A DNA stretch of 64,000 bases, from contig CAZELY010000001.1 of assembly GCA_964513345.1 (NCBI GenBank), forward strand, positions 73,980 to 137,979. The letters run 5' to 3'. Made by a program: the position numbers and the translations under genes. This DNA comes from an uncultured Muribaculaceae bacterium. GTDB taxonomy: Bacteria; Bacillota_I; Bacilli_A; RF39; UBA660. This document shows, piece by piece, positions 1-10,090 of this stretch. Position 1 is the first letter of the stretch. Every line of letters starts with the position of its first letter. The notes beneath the pieces are model-generated. The model saw nothing but the letters and a program-made list of their open reading frames with translations. It searched no databases and was not told the origin of the DNA.

Positions 1-847
1 CAATGATGGATCACCAGATAATAGTCAAAAAATAATTGATGAATACTCAAAAAAATATAATACTATTCACTCTTATAGTAAAGCAAACGGTGGACTATCG
101 GATGCTAGAAATTTTGGTATTAAATACGCGTCTGGTGAATATATTGCCTTTGTAGACAGTGATGACTATGTAGCACTAGATATGTACGAAAAAATGTATA
201 ATAAAGCCAAAACCGAAAACTATGATATGGTAGTATGCGATCTAAATTATATTTATGAAGAAACGGGTAATATTGTTAGAGCTTATTCAAATATTAAAAG
301 CGATACAACTGATATCAAGAATGCCATGATTAATATCTATCCAGCTGCCTGGAACAAAATATTTAAGCGTAGCTTATTTAACGATAAAAATATTCGTTTT
401 AAGAAAGATGTCTGGTTTGAAGACGTTGAGTTTATTTATAAAATACTTCCTAAAATTAAATCTATTGGTGTTGTTCACGAACCACTTAACCAATATTTAC
501 AGCGAAAAGGATCAATTACCAGCACTATAGATAAAAGATTATATCATTATATTGATAATTGGAATGGCCTTGTTAAATATTATAAAGACAATAATTTATA
601 TGAACTATACTATAATGAGTTAGAATATTCATATGTTAGATATATTTATGCCACTTTTATAAAACAAGCTAGCAAGTATAAAAAAGAAGATTATCTGAAA
701 GCAGTTGATACAGCTTTAGAAAATGTTAAAAAGAATTTTCCAAATTATAAAAAAAATAAGTACTTCTATCAAAGTACCAAGGGACTATACTTACTAGTGT
801 TTAATAAAACTCTCGCAAAAATAATGTATAAACTTTTTAATAGATGA
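1..847 (+). CDS. Family 2 glycosyltransferase (5'-partial; continues upstream of the window)
   Basis: The frame stays open from position 2. Upstream translation reads NDGSPDNSQKIIDEYSKKYNTIHSYSKANGGLSDARNFGIKYASGEYIAFVDSDDYV, which carries the GT2 DxD region. The ORF-track product 182..847 is the C-terminal part. Confidence 0.8.
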   Translation, partial: NDGSPDNSQKIIDEYSKKYNTIHSYSKANGGLSDARNFGIKYASGEYIAFVDSDDYVALDMYEKMYNKAKTENYDMVVCDLNYIYEETGNIVRAYSNIKSDTTDIKNAMINIYPAAWNKIFKRSLFNDKNIRFKKDVWFEDVEFIYKILPKIKSIGVVHEPLNQYLQRKGSITSTIDKRLYHYIDNWNGLVKYYKDNNLYELYYNELEYSYVRYIYATFIKQASKYKKEDYLKAVDTALENVKKNFPNYKKNKYFYQSTKGLYLLVFNKTLAKIMYKLFNR

Positions 848-1056
848 AATAAAAAATCAACATTTATGTGTTGATTTTTTTAATTTATCCCCCAGACAAT
901 GGTAGCAATAAAGAAAGCCACCATGACAATTAGCATTACCCAAACTGTAATTTTTTGTATTTTTTTATTCATTGTATCACCACTATAATTTTACCACATT
1001 TTTTAACATTTTGGAATAAAATATTTTTAAAACAATATAATCTAACGAGGGATATT

Positions 1057-1686
1057 ATGAAAAAAATAATGGACAAGTTTTTCGAAATGCTAAAAATAAA
1101 TAAAAGAATATTTGTTTTCTTATTAGTTATTATTGTATTGGGAATTATATCAGGAGCAATATTTTCTGTTATGATTAGTAATGAGGATAAAACAATGGTG
1201 GCAGATTATTTAAATAATTTTTTCAATAAACTTAATAGTAATACATTAAATTATAAAAACTCTTTTTTAAATTGTTTCGTATTTACAGTTATTTTTGATT
1301 TTATAATTTGGCTTTTGGGAATATCGGTTATTGGATTTTTTGTTATTCTAATTATGGTGTTTTTAAAATCATTTGTTGTTGGTTTTTCTGTAGCGTCCTT
1401 GATCATAAATTTTAGATTAAGAGGAATTTTATATAGTATTATTTATATCTTTCCGCATCAAGTTATTGATTTTTTAATATTAATTATAATTAGTTCTTTC
1501 GCACTTATCATTTCTTTTAAATTAATAAGTTGTATTAATAAAAAAAATACATTAAGTTTTAAAAATATTATAAATAAGTATATCCTTATTTTGATATTAT
1601 CGATAGTCGTTTTAATTTTAACCTGTTTATATGAAACTTATATGATGCCATTCATTATGAAAATGGTTTACGGTCTTTTTAACTAG
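1057..1686 (+). CDS. SpoIIM/DUF95-family integral membrane protein
   Basis: Multi-TM protein. Blocks LGIISGAIFSV, FLKSFVVGFSVASL, IFPHQVIDFLILII and LYETYMMP parallel SpoIIM. Start chosen at the ATG at 1057, which follows a GAGGGA RBS; the track ORF begins at 955. Confidence 0.5.
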   Translation: MKKIMDKFFEMLKINKRIFVFLLVIIVLGIISGAIFSVMISNEDKTMVADYLNNFFNKLNSNTLNYKNSFLNCFVFTVIFDFIIWLLGISVIGFFVILIMVFLKSFVVGFSVASLIINFRLRGILYSIIYIFPHQVIDFLILIIISSFALIISFKLISCINKKNTLSFKNIINKYILILILSIVVLILTCLYETYMMPFIMKMVYGLFN

Positions 1687-1740
1687 GAAACAACTTTATT
1701 GACACTAATATAACACAATGATATAATTTAATTAGTCAGG

Positions 1741-2160
1741 ATGTGGATATTGATGTTAAGTAATTTTTATAAAACTCATAAAACTTTAATCAGGCAAATA
1801 GTATTATATGGAATTATTGGTTTAACATCAGCAACACTTGATAGTGTACTTTTTATTTTGTTCAGACACTTAGGTATAAATCTTTTTTTAGCTAATTTTA
1901 TTAGTATTAATTGCGGTATAACCCTTAGTTTTTTATTGAACACTTTTATTAATTTTAAAGTTAAAACGAACATTGTCAAACGAGCAGTATCGTTTTTTGG
2001 CGTTGGTTATATCGGCTTACTCTTATCAATGGCAATTATGTTTGTGTTTGTAACGAAATTAGGATACCCAGAAATTATTGTAAAAATTATTTCCGTATTT
2101 TTTGTTGCTGCTGTACAATTCTGCTTAAATAAATTTATCACATTTGGAAAGAGGTTATAG
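1741..2160 (+). CDS. GtrA-family polysaccharide-synthesis membrane protein (flippase helper)
   Basis: About 135 aa with 4 TM segments and the GtrA-like motif GIIGLTSATLDSVLF...FLLNTFINF. The start may be the ATG at 1753. Confidence 0.7.
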   Translation: MWILMLSNFYKTHKTLIRQIVLYGIIGLTSATLDSVLFILFRHLGINLFLANFISINCGITLSFLLNTFINFKVKTNIVKRAVSFFGVGYIGLLLSMAIMFVFVTKLGYPEIIVKIISVFFVAAVQFCLNKFITFGKRL

Positions 2161-2161
2161 T

Positions 2162-2902
2162 ATGAAAAATAGTAAAGATAATTTGTATATCATTATTCCT
2201 GCGTATAATGAAGAAGAAAATATCGAAGAAGTTGTTAAAGACTGGATAGGTGTTGTCGATAAAATTGGTAATAGCTCAAAGTTAGTTATTGTCAACGATG
2301 GAAGCAAGGATAATACTGAAAAGAAATTACTTTCACTTAAAAAGAAGCATGTCAATTTAGAAGTAATAACTAAAGAAAACAGTGGACACGGAGGGACGGT
2401 TTTATTTGGCTATAATTATGCGCTTAAAAAGAATGCAAATTATATTTTTCAAACCGATTCAGATGGACAAACTATTGCGGATGAATTTTGGCCGTTCTGG
2501 GAGCAAAGAAAAGATTATGCAGTAATTATTGGAAGCCGGAAGAATAGGGAAGATGGGGCATCTAGAGTTTTTGTAACGAAAGTGTTGAAATTTGTATTAT
2601 TTTTAATTTTTCATGTTAAAGTTGAAGATGCAAATACACCATTTCGTTTAATGAGTAAAAAAGTATTGAAAAAATATATTAAATCAGTACCAGACAATTT
2701 TAATTTATCGAATGTATTACTTTCGGTATTGTTTGTATATAACAAGGAAAAAATCAAGTTTATTCCTATTACTTTTAGACCACGTCAAGGTGGAGTAAAT
2801 TCAATAAATATGAAGAAAATATCCAAAATTGGAATTCAAGCCGTTAAAGATTTTCGAAAAATTAAAAAAATAATTAAAAAGGAGAAGAAAAATGAAAAAT
2901 AA
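2162..2902 (+). CDS. GT2 glycosyltransferase (CsbB/GtrB-like, polyprenol-phosphate sugar transferase)
   Basis: YIIIPAYNEEENI ... VIVNDGSKDNT ... QTDSDGQ are typical DPM1/GtrB-like GT-A signatures. RBS GGAAAGAGG lies before the ATG at 2162. The gene overlaps the next one by 11 nt. Confidence 0.8.
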   Translation: MKNSKDNLYIIIPAYNEEENIEEVVKDWIGVVDKIGNSSKLVIVNDGSKDNTEKKLLSLKKKHVNLEVITKENSGHGGTVLFGYNYALKKNANYIFQTDSDGQTIADEFWPFWEQRKDYAVIIGSRKNREDGASRVFVTKVLKFVLFLIFHVKVEDANTPFRLMSKKVLKKYIKSVPDNFNLSNVLLSVLFVYNKEKIKFIPITFRPRQGGVNSINMKKISKIGIQAVKDFRKIKKIIKKEKKNEK

Positions 2903-4679
2903 AGCCATTTTATTCATTCTTTTTTTTATAAACCTGATATTATCGTTCGCATTCATTCATTTGTTTCCAAGTGATATGCGTGTTGATTATTTGTTTTTTG
3001 ACTTGATGGCATGGATCATCTGTTATGTAATTTATTATATTTATTTAACTAAAAAGAAATTATTTGATATAAATAAATTTTCTTTATTGTTTTTATATTA
3101 TTGCATTAGTTTACTATTAATACTAATTTTTAATACAATTTTAGCATTCGGATTTTTAAAAATAAAATTTTTAATATTCATTATTTTATCAGTAGTAGAT
3201 ATATTTATTAGCGATAAACAAAAAGCATCACTAGCTCAATATGGGCCACACTGCTTGTTTTTGTCACTTGCGATTTTTATAACGCTTTTATCGCCAAATT
3301 CACCTATCGGCAATGGTGAATCTTATACAGACTCAAGTGTATTTAGATATATTGGAGCACTTATGGCGCATGGAGAAGTTCCATATTTGGATTCTTTTGA
3401 TCATAAAGGTTTGCTAATATATTTTATCAATTATTTGCCACTAGTTTTGAATTTAAAATATGGTTTATGGCTTATTGAAACAATAGTGATTTTTATTGCA
3501 TTTACTTTTGCATATAAAACTTGTAATTTGTTCAACAAAAAAACGGTATCTATAATTTCTGTGATTGTTGCTTTTATTCCAATCATCTATACGTATCAAG
3601 GTGGTAATTTAACTGAGGAATATGCTTTACCATTCATGTTCATTAGTCTTTATTTATTTACAAGAGATTTGAAAAAGCAAAAATCTGTTACGAATGTTTC
3701 AGCTTTGATTATCGGCTTATGCGCAGGTGCAGTATTTTTACTTCGTATTAACATGCTTGTTTTGTGGGTTTGCATGGCTCTTTATTTACTCGTTATGTAT
3801 ATAAATAAAAAGGACTATAAAAAACTATTTAATAATATTGTTTCATTTATAGGCGGATTGATAGTTTTCATGATTCCATTCACTATATATTTAATTATTA
3901 ATGGAGCTTTCGGGGAATTTATAAATCAGTATTTGATTTTCAATCTTAAATATGTGGGCGGTAATCAAAAGTTACCATTAGTTGATACACTTGTGGCATT
4001 TTTGCCGAAAGTTGAATTATGTATTTTTGCATTATTTGCGCTACTAGTGTTTACAATGCAAACAAAAAACAAATCATATTATATATTTTTGTTATCTTAT
4101 TTAATTTTAACGATTTTTATAGTTATTTTACCAGGTTCGGTATATTCTCATTATGCGATGATATTAATTCCAGCCTTATTAGTACCAATCGCTTTAGTGA
4201 TTGATGTGGTTTATAAAAAATTATTTGCCTTTGCCAAAACTGATACATCGCGCACTATGTTTACTTATTTTGCGATTATATGCTTATGCATCACAGATTT
4301 TATATTTGTATTCGACGCAGAGAAAAACATGTTTCTTCAACCAAAGCAATATACTGGTGTTGCCAAAATTGTTCAGCGATATACTGAAAAAGATGATAAT
4401 ATTTTAGTTTGTGGTAACATGAATATCGTTTATTTGGCATCTGATAGGTATACGAAAATAAAATATTCATATCAAACACCAATTTTAAATGTTGATAATA
4501 CTTTAGCAAAGGATTTCTTAAAACAATTTAATCAGAATAGACCAAAACTAATATATGTTGATAGTGAATATTCGGTTAAGAAAATTGACAAAGTCATGAA
4601 TAAAATTTTGTCGACTGATTATGAAATTGTGCACGATGGAAAATATGCCCGAATTTACTTGGCCAAAACAATCAAATGA
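2892..4679 (+). CDS. GT-C family membrane glycosyltransferase (GT39/ArnT/YfhO-like)
   Basis: 595 aa polytopic protein with a conserved loop YTDSSVFRYIGALMAHGEVPYLDSFDHKGLLIYF, typical of ArnT/PMT-type GT-C enzymes. It is translationally coupled to the upstream GT2 gene. Confidence 0.7.
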   Translation: MKNKAILFILFFINLILSFAFIHLFPSDMRVDYLFFDLMAWIICYVIYYIYLTKKKLFDINKFSLLFLYYCISLLLILIFNTILAFGFLKIKFLIFIILSVVDIFISDKQKASLAQYGPHCLFLSLAIFITLLSPNSPIGNGESYTDSSVFRYIGALMAHGEVPYLDSFDHKGLLIYFINYLPLVLNLKYGLWLIETIVIFIAFTFAYKTCNLFNKKTVSIISVIVAFIPIIYTYQGGNLTEEYALPFMFISLYLFTRDLKKQKSVTNVSALIIGLCAGAVFLLRINMLVLWVCMALYLLVMYINKKDYKKLFNNIVSFIGGLIVFMIPFTIYLIINGAFGEFINQYLIFNLKYVGGNQKLPLVDTLVAFLPKVELCIFALFALLVFTMQTKNKSYYIFLLSYLILTIFIVILPGSVYSHYAMILIPALLVPIALVIDVVYKKLFAFAKTDTSRTMFTYFAIICLCITDFIFVFDAEKNMFLQPKQYTGVAKIVQRYTEKDDNILVCGNMNIVYLASDRYTKIKYSYQTPILNVDNTLAKDFLKQFNQNRPKLIYVDSEYSVKKIDKVMNKILSTDYEIVHDGKYARIYLAKTIK

Positions 4680-4721
4680 TAGATTTTTTATCATTTTTTT
4701 GTTATAATTAAATGGGGGAGA

Positions 4722-5375
4722 GTGCACATGAAAATATTTCAATTTAATAATGTCCTATACAACGGAAATATAAATCGAGATTTTTATTTGTACTGCTTGC
4801 GACGAAATAAAAAAATATTGAAACATTTATTTTTAAATATTTGGTATTTAATTTTATCATATTTGTTTGTTGGTAAAAAAGACATATATGAAAAAAAGAA
4901 ATTTAATTATTTAAGAGAAGTTACAAATTTAAATAAAACTTTAAAAGAGTTTTATGCTTCGCCAAGATTAAATTGTTATTTTGACTTTAATCCCGATGTA
5001 ATTATTGATAAAGCGCCAGCGATTTTTATCAAAAAACAATTTCCAAAAACAAAAATTATCGGATATACTTTTGATGATAATTTTGATGTGAAGCTTGAAA
5101 AATATAACAAAGATGTTGCAAAAATAAAGCAAGCTGATGCCCTTTATTTGTCCTCTAGAAAAAATTTAGTGGACGTTACTTCTAATAGTGCATATATTGT
5201 TCGTAACAAGAAAATAAAATATTTAAATAAAAGACCAGATTTCAAAAAATTTAGAAATATTTTCGGTATTTTGATATTATCATTTATTGTTACTTGTTTT
5301 AGCTTTTTATTTACCTGCTATGACCTGGATTTGACTATGTATTATTCTTATTTTGAACCAAAATATTTTTACTAA
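4722..5375 (+). CDS. Hypothetical protein; possibly the N-terminal part of the downstream LtaS-like gene (frameshift?)
   Basis: 180 aa soluble region followed by one C-terminal TM. It ends 24 nt before the next ORF, which lacks both an ATG and an RBS. Confidence 0.4.
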   Translation: MHMKIFQFNNVLYNGNINRDFYLYCLRRNKKILKHLFLNIWYLILSYLFVGKKDIYEKKKFNYLREVTNLNKTLKEFYASPRLNCYFDFNPDVIIDKAPAIFIKKQFPKTKIIGYTFDDNFDVKLEKYNKDVAKIKQADALYLSSRKNLVDVTSNSAYIVRNKKIKYLNKRPDFKKFRNIFGILILSFIVTCFSFLFTCYDLDLTMYYSYFEPKYFY

Positions 5376-5401
5376 ATTTTATTCCAATATTTTTATTTAT
5401 A

Positions 5402-7012
5402 TTGCTAATTTATTTAATTTCCAAAAGAATTCATGTGGCATGGCTTATTTCAACAATTTTAATAGTAGTATGGGGAATTGCTAATCAATCAAAATTGGGA
5501 TATCGCGATGATGTTGTAAAATTCGAAGATTTCGGATTGATAAAAGAAGCTTTAATCATGGCGGAAAAGGTTGATATCGCAATTAAACTTTATACAATCG
5601 CTGTTATTATTTTATCAATTATATTTTTCTTTATTATAAAAAAACACTTTAATAAAAATTCCATGACATTAGTAAAGCGCTCCGTTTTGATAGTATGTGT
5701 CTTGCTAATCATGTTAGGTGGATATAAGACCATTTATACTAATAAGAAAGTATATGATAGTGTAGGGGACCTTAGTTTAGTTAATAAATGGATTTTCACC
5801 CGACAAAGCCAAGTCCGCGGATTAGTTTATCCATTTATATATACAGCTTCAGATGGTGTATATAAAGCTCCGGCTAATTATAATGAAGAAAAGGTTAGAA
5901 AAATTTTAGGCACTTATAAATATCAAAATATTCCGGATGACAAAAAGGTAAATATTATTGCTATTATGCTGGAATCATATAATGATTTTTCAAAATTTAA
6001 AGAAATAAAATTTAAAGAAGATATTTATAAAAATTTTCATGATATTCAAAAAAAATCAATAAGTGGCAATCTTGTTGTAAATATTTTTGGCGGCGGAACA
6101 GTAGCTACTGAACGTAGTTTTATTACTGGATATACCGATTTTAATAGTCTTAGAAAAAAAACAAATTCGTATGTGTGGTATTTTAAACAGCAAGGTTATA
6201 GAACCGAAGCTATGCATCCGATATATGGCGCATTTTACAATCGCAACACTATTAATGCTAATTTAGGCTTTGACAAGTATTATAATTATGAAAACACATA
6301 CTCAAAAATTGATGATGGCTTTGCTCGTGATGATGTTTTCTTTGATACAATTATTGATGGATATAAAAGAGCCAAGAAAGATAAAATTCCATATTTTAAT
6401 TTTTCAGTAACTTATCAAAATCATGTGCCATATAATGTTCAATCATATGAGGGCAAAGAATACTTTTTTGATAACGATGGTTATGACCCAACTTACTACA
6501 ACATGATTAATGAATACTTGTCTGGGATTAAAGAAACCAATATACAATTGAAAAAGTTAATTAACTATTTTGATAATGAAAAAGAACCTGTGATTGTGGT
6601 TTTGTTTGGGGATCACAACCCAGCATTGGGAGATGATGCATTCACATATCACGATTTAGGTATCAATGTTTCATTAGATACAATTGAAGGCTTTTTGAAT
6701 TATTATGAAACTCCATTTGTTATTCACGCTAACGATGCTGCAAAAGAAAAATTTGATAATACTTTTGAAGCCAGTGATATAACGATTAGTCCTATTTTCT
6801 TGATGAACGAACTTTTTGATAATATGGGTTTGAAGGGAAATCAATATTTACAATACATGCACAGTTTAAGAAAAAATGTTGATGTAATCCATCGTTATTA
6901 TTACAAAGAAAATGGGAAATTTGTAAGTCCAAAGAAAAGTAAATATAAAGAAGCAATTGCAGACTATAATGCGGTTAGTTATTTTCAAATAACATCGCGT
7001 CCAGAAGAGTAG
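5402..7012 (+). CDS. LtaS-family phosphoglycerol transferase / sulfatase-superfamily protein
   Basis: 3 N-terminal TMs followed by an extracellular sulfatase-like domain with motifs IIAIMLESYNDFS, FGGGTVATERSF and VLFGDHNPALG. The first in-frame start is a TTG at 5402. Confidence 0.7.
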   Translation: MLIYLISKRIHVAWLISTILIVVWGIANQSKLGYRDDVVKFEDFGLIKEALIMAEKVDIAIKLYTIAVIILSIIFFFIIKKHFNKNSMTLVKRSVLIVCVLLIMLGGYKTIYTNKKVYDSVGDLSLVNKWIFTRQSQVRGLVYPFIYTASDGVYKAPANYNEEKVRKILGTYKYQNIPDDKKVNIIAIMLESYNDFSKFKEIKFKEDIYKNFHDIQKKSISGNLVVNIFGGGTVATERSFITGYTDFNSLRKKTNSYVWYFKQQGYRTEAMHPIYGAFYNRNTINANLGFDKYYNYENTYSKIDDGFARDDVFFDTIIDGYKRAKKDKIPYFNFSVTYQNHVPYNVQSYEGKEYFFDNDGYDPTYYNMINEYLSGIKETNIQLKKLINYFDNEKEPVIVVLFGDHNPALGDDAFTYHDLGINVSLDTIEGFLNYYETPFVIHANDAAKEKFDNTFEASDITISPIFLMNELFDNMGLKGNQYLQYMHSLRKNVDVIHRYYYKENGKFVSPKKSKYKEAIADYNAVSYFQITSRPEE

Positions 7013-7029
7013 AGAATGGGTGATGATTT

Positions 7030-8100
7030 ATGGCAAAAGTTATTGTTGGTATGAGCGGTGGCGTTGATAGTAGTGTTGCTGCCATTATACTTCAAAAACA
7101 AGGTTACGAAGTAGAAGGTTTATTTATGCGTAACTGGGATACGAGTGTCAATGGTGATTACTTAGGAAATCCTGATTTGGATAATGACATCTGTCCTCAG
7201 GAACAAGATTATAATGATGCCTTGGCGGTTTGTGAGAAACTAAACATTCCGCTTCATAGAATTGACTTCGTCAAAGAGTATTGGGATTTTGTGTTTACTT
7301 ATTTTTTAGACGAATTAAAAAAAGGACGCACGCCAAATCCCGATGTTATGTGTAACAAATACATCAAATTTGATTTATTTTTAGAAGAAGCTTTAAAGCT
7401 TGGAGCAGACTATGTTGCGACGGGACACTATGCCAGATTAAAGAATGGGAAATTACTTCGAAGTATTGATACACAAAAAGATCAGACTTATTTCTTATCA
7501 CAAGTAAAAAAAGAAAATTTTGAAAAAGTTTTGTTCCCGATTGGCGACATGACGAAAGATGAAGTTAGAAAAATTGCGAAAGATTATGGGCTGATAACTG
7601 CTAATAAAAAAGATTCAACCGGAATTTGTTTTATTGGCGAACGTAATTTTAAAAAATTTTTGGAAAATTATTTACCAAATACGCCTGGAGAAATAATTGA
7701 TATTGATAGTGGTAAAGTACTTGGTAAGCATATAGGACTTATGTATTATACAATTGGACAACGTAGGGGATTAAATGTTGGTGGTACTAGCGAAAGACTT
7801 TTTGTAGTTAAAAAAGATTTAGAAAACAATGTATTATATGTTGCTCAAGGTGACGAAAACAAGTATTTGATTAGTTATTCGTGCGTGGTTTCTGACATTA
7901 ATCTTTTAAATGAATTGCCAAAAAACTGTACTGCAAAATTTAGATACCGCCAAAAAGACAACGAGGTTACAACTAAAAAGATTGATAGTAACCGTGTTTT
8001 AGTCGAATTTCCTGCTGGCGTTAAAGCCGTTACCCCAGGGCAAGCATGTGTCTTCTATAATGGAGAAGAGTGCTTAGGCGGCGGAATAATTGAAAATTAA
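7030..8100 (+). CDS. mnmA: tRNA-specific 2-thiouridylase MnmA
   Basis: N-terminal PP-loop [15 protein letters not shown], then FMRNWD, and a length of 356 aa. Confidence 0.9.
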   Translation: MAKVIVGMSGGVDSSVAAIILQKQGYEVEGLFMRNWDTSVNGDYLGNPDLDNDICPQEQDYNDALAVCEKLNIPLHRIDFVKEYWDFVFTYFLDELKKGRTPNPDVMCNKYIKFDLFLEEALKLGADYVATGHYARLKNGKLLRSIDTQKDQTYFLSQVKKENFEKVLFPIGDMTKDEVRKIAKDYGLITANKKDSTGICFIGERNFKKFLENYLPNTPGEIIDIDSGKVLGKHIGLMYYTIGQRRGLNVGGTSERLFVVKKDLENNVLYVAQGDENKYLISYSCVVSDINLLNELPKNCTAKFRYRQKDNEVTTKKIDSNRVLVEFPAGVKAVTPGQACVFYNGEECLGGGIIEN

Positions 8101-8115
8101 TTAAGGAGGTTTATC

Positions 8116-8445
8116 ATGTTTAGTTTAATTGCAGTTTTTATTCCAAGTGTCCTTGGAGTAAAGTTGATAGATTGTATTTTAAAAAAATCTGATTGGAAGA
8201 GAATGGGATATTTTTATTGCTTATTATTATTAGTATCGACAATTATTAATAATATTATTGCTGTTTCAATTTTTGGATTATCATCTGATTTATTATTATC
8301 TTTGAATACGGATCAAATGGTTTTTATAAAATATACTATCGTTTCCATTATTGTAAATATACTTATTGCGATTATTATTGTCATCAACGTTAAACATTTA
8401 TCAATTGATATAGTTGTAAAGAAAAATGAAAAATCAAAAAAGTAG
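8116..8445 (+). CDS. Small hydrophobic membrane protein (hypothetical)
   Basis: 109 aa with three predicted TMs. RBS AGGAGG before the ATG. Confidence 0.45.
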   Translation: MFSLIAVFIPSVLGVKLIDCILKKSDWKRMGYFYCLLLLVSTIINNIIAVSIFGLSSDLLLSLNTDQMVFIKYTIVSIIVNILIAIIIVINVKHLSIDIVVKKNEKSKK

Positions 8446-9982
8446 CATTTTTAAAAAGATATTTTATAGTCGCATTTTATTTTATGTTGTACTTTTACTA
8501 GCAGTATTTATACTGCTTTTGTATAATTTTATTTACAATAATTTTAACAATATAACATTGGAACAATTATTATATAGCATTGAAAATGCCGAAGGAACAA
8601 ATACAGATGCGATTTGGAAAGGTGTTTTCGATATTTTCTCAAAAATGTTTATTTTCATAATACTTTATATAGCCATTGTGAAAATTATTAAAAGAAAAAA
8701 ATCTAAGACATATGTAAAAATAAAACTTGATAATCACACAAAAGAATTTCCAATAATTCCATTAAAAAGAAGTTGGCAAAATGCTTTGGCAATAATATTT
8801 TTGATTTTATCCTTTACGTTTGTATTTGTAAAAGTCGAGGCATACTCACTATTCATTCATGAAAATTCAACTTTTATCGAAGATAATTATGTAGATCCTA
8901 AAAATGTCAAAATCAGCGCTGCAAAAACACCTCATAATTTAATTTACATTTATGTTGAATCACTTGAAAATACGTTTTTTTCGATAGAAAATGGTGGCGC
9001 ATACAATAAATCAGTTATTCCTAATCTTGAAAATTTGGCCGAAAATAATATAAATTTCAGTCACACGAAGAGTGTAGGTGGAGGTAACGTTCCAATATTT
9101 GCAACTTGGACAGTTGCAGGTATGGTGGCACAGACAGCGGGTATTCCACTGAAGGTATCTGGAATTAAAAATGAATATGGTGCAAACAACTTTTTACCTG
9201 GAGTATATTCGCTTGGCGACATTTTAAAAGAAAATGACTATAGTAACTATATTATGTTTGGCTCGCCAGGTAAATTTGCCGGAAGATCAGATTATTTTAG
9301 CACACATGGCGACTATACGATATATGATTATGATTATGCTGTCAATAAAAAGTGGATTGATGAAAACTATAAAGTGTGGTGGGGATTTGAAGACTCTAAA
9401 CTATTTAAATTTGCAAAAAAAGAACTTGCAAAAATTAGTACAAACGAAGAACCATTTAATTTCACATTGCTTACCGCAGATACCCATTTTATCGATGGTT
9501 ATATTGATAAGAAATGTAATCCACCATTTGATAACCATTACTTAAATTCCTTTTATTGTAGCGATAGCGAAATTGGTGATTTTATTAAATGGCTAGAAAA
9601 GCAGGACTTTTATGATGATACTACAATAGTTATTACTGGTGATCATTTAACCATGCAAGATATTGATAGGACTTTTGACGTTTCAAATAAGAAAAACTAC
9701 CAAAGAACTTTATACAATGTATTTATAAATCCTAACAATGAAGACAAATCATATGTAAAAAATCGTTTATTTAATTCATATGATTTATATCCGACGACAT
9801 TATCCGCACTTGGTTTTGAGATTGATGGAAATAGACTAGGGTTAGGTACAAACTTATTTTCTGGGGAAAAAACTCTGGCCGAAAAAGTTGGCCACAAATA
9901 TATTGATATTGAATCAAAAAAGGATTCAGAATTTTATAGCAAAAAGCTTCTCGAAGATATATCAAAAAATGTTAATAATTAA
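8426..9982 (+). CDS. LtaS-family phosphoglycerol transferase paralog
   Basis: N-terminal TMs plus a sulfatase-like ectodomain with IYIYVESLENTFFS, TWTVAGMVAQTAG and VITGDHLTMQD. Confidence 0.7.
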   Translation: MKNQKSSIFKKIFYSRILFYVVLLLAVFILLLYNFIYNNFNNITLEQLLYSIENAEGTNTDAIWKGVFDIFSKMFIFIILYIAIVKIIKRKKSKTYVKIKLDNHTKEFPIIPLKRSWQNALAIIFLILSFTFVFVKVEAYSLFIHENSTFIEDNYVDPKNVKISAAKTPHNLIYIYVESLENTFFSIENGGAYNKSVIPNLENLAENNINFSHTKSVGGGNVPIFATWTVAGMVAQTAGIPLKVSGIKNEYGANNFLPGVYSLGDILKENDYSNYIMFGSPGKFAGRSDYFSTHGDYTIYDYDYAVNKKWIDENYKVWWGFEDSKLFKFAKKELAKISTNEEPFNFTLLTADTHFIDGYIDKKCNPPFDNHYLNSFYCSDSEIGDFIKWLEKQDFYDDTTIVITGDHLTMQDIDRTFDVSNKKNYQRTLYNVFINPNNEDKSYVKNRLFNSYDLYPTTLSALGFEIDGNRLGLGTNLFSGEKTLAEKVGHKYIDIESKKDSEFYSKKLLEDISKNVNN

Positions 9983-10038
9983 TAAATTAAAAGTCAACAC
10001 ACCAAATATTACTTCTTGATAATCACTTTACATTTTAC

Positions 10039-10068
10039 TTGACACATTTTAAATTGTTATGGTAAAAT
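10039..10068 (+). promoter_or_regulatory. Sigma-A-type promoter for the HTH regulator gene
   Basis: TTGACA at 10039-10044, an 18-nt spacer, then an extended -10 TGgTAAAAT at 10060-10068. RBS AGGAGGG lies before the ATG at 10091. Confidence 0.55.
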
Positions 10069-10090
10069 GATAGAGTAGGAGGGTTGAATC

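Noticed and set aside
1776-1979. Many short ORFs in the track that lie antisense to or inside long, well-supported genes. Examples: 1776-1979, 2155-2355, 4019-4509, 9234-9965, 12589-12801, 14238-14462, 16386-16583, 26413-26742, 38431-41142, 46078-46515, 53934-54164, 57048-57591, 59957-60190.
   Set aside because: They are shadow ORFs. They overlap genes with clear homology motifs on the other strand or frame. They lack an RBS and show low-complexity S/L/F-rich translations typical of antisense reads of AT-rich coding DNA.
5354-5404. Programmed -1 ribosomal frameshift joining ORF 4722 and ORF 5402
   Set aside because: No canonical X_XXY_YYZ slippery heptamer or downstream pseudoknot is visible in the overlap. 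A genuine two-gene arrangement or a homopolymer indel is more likely, though a fused gene remains possible.
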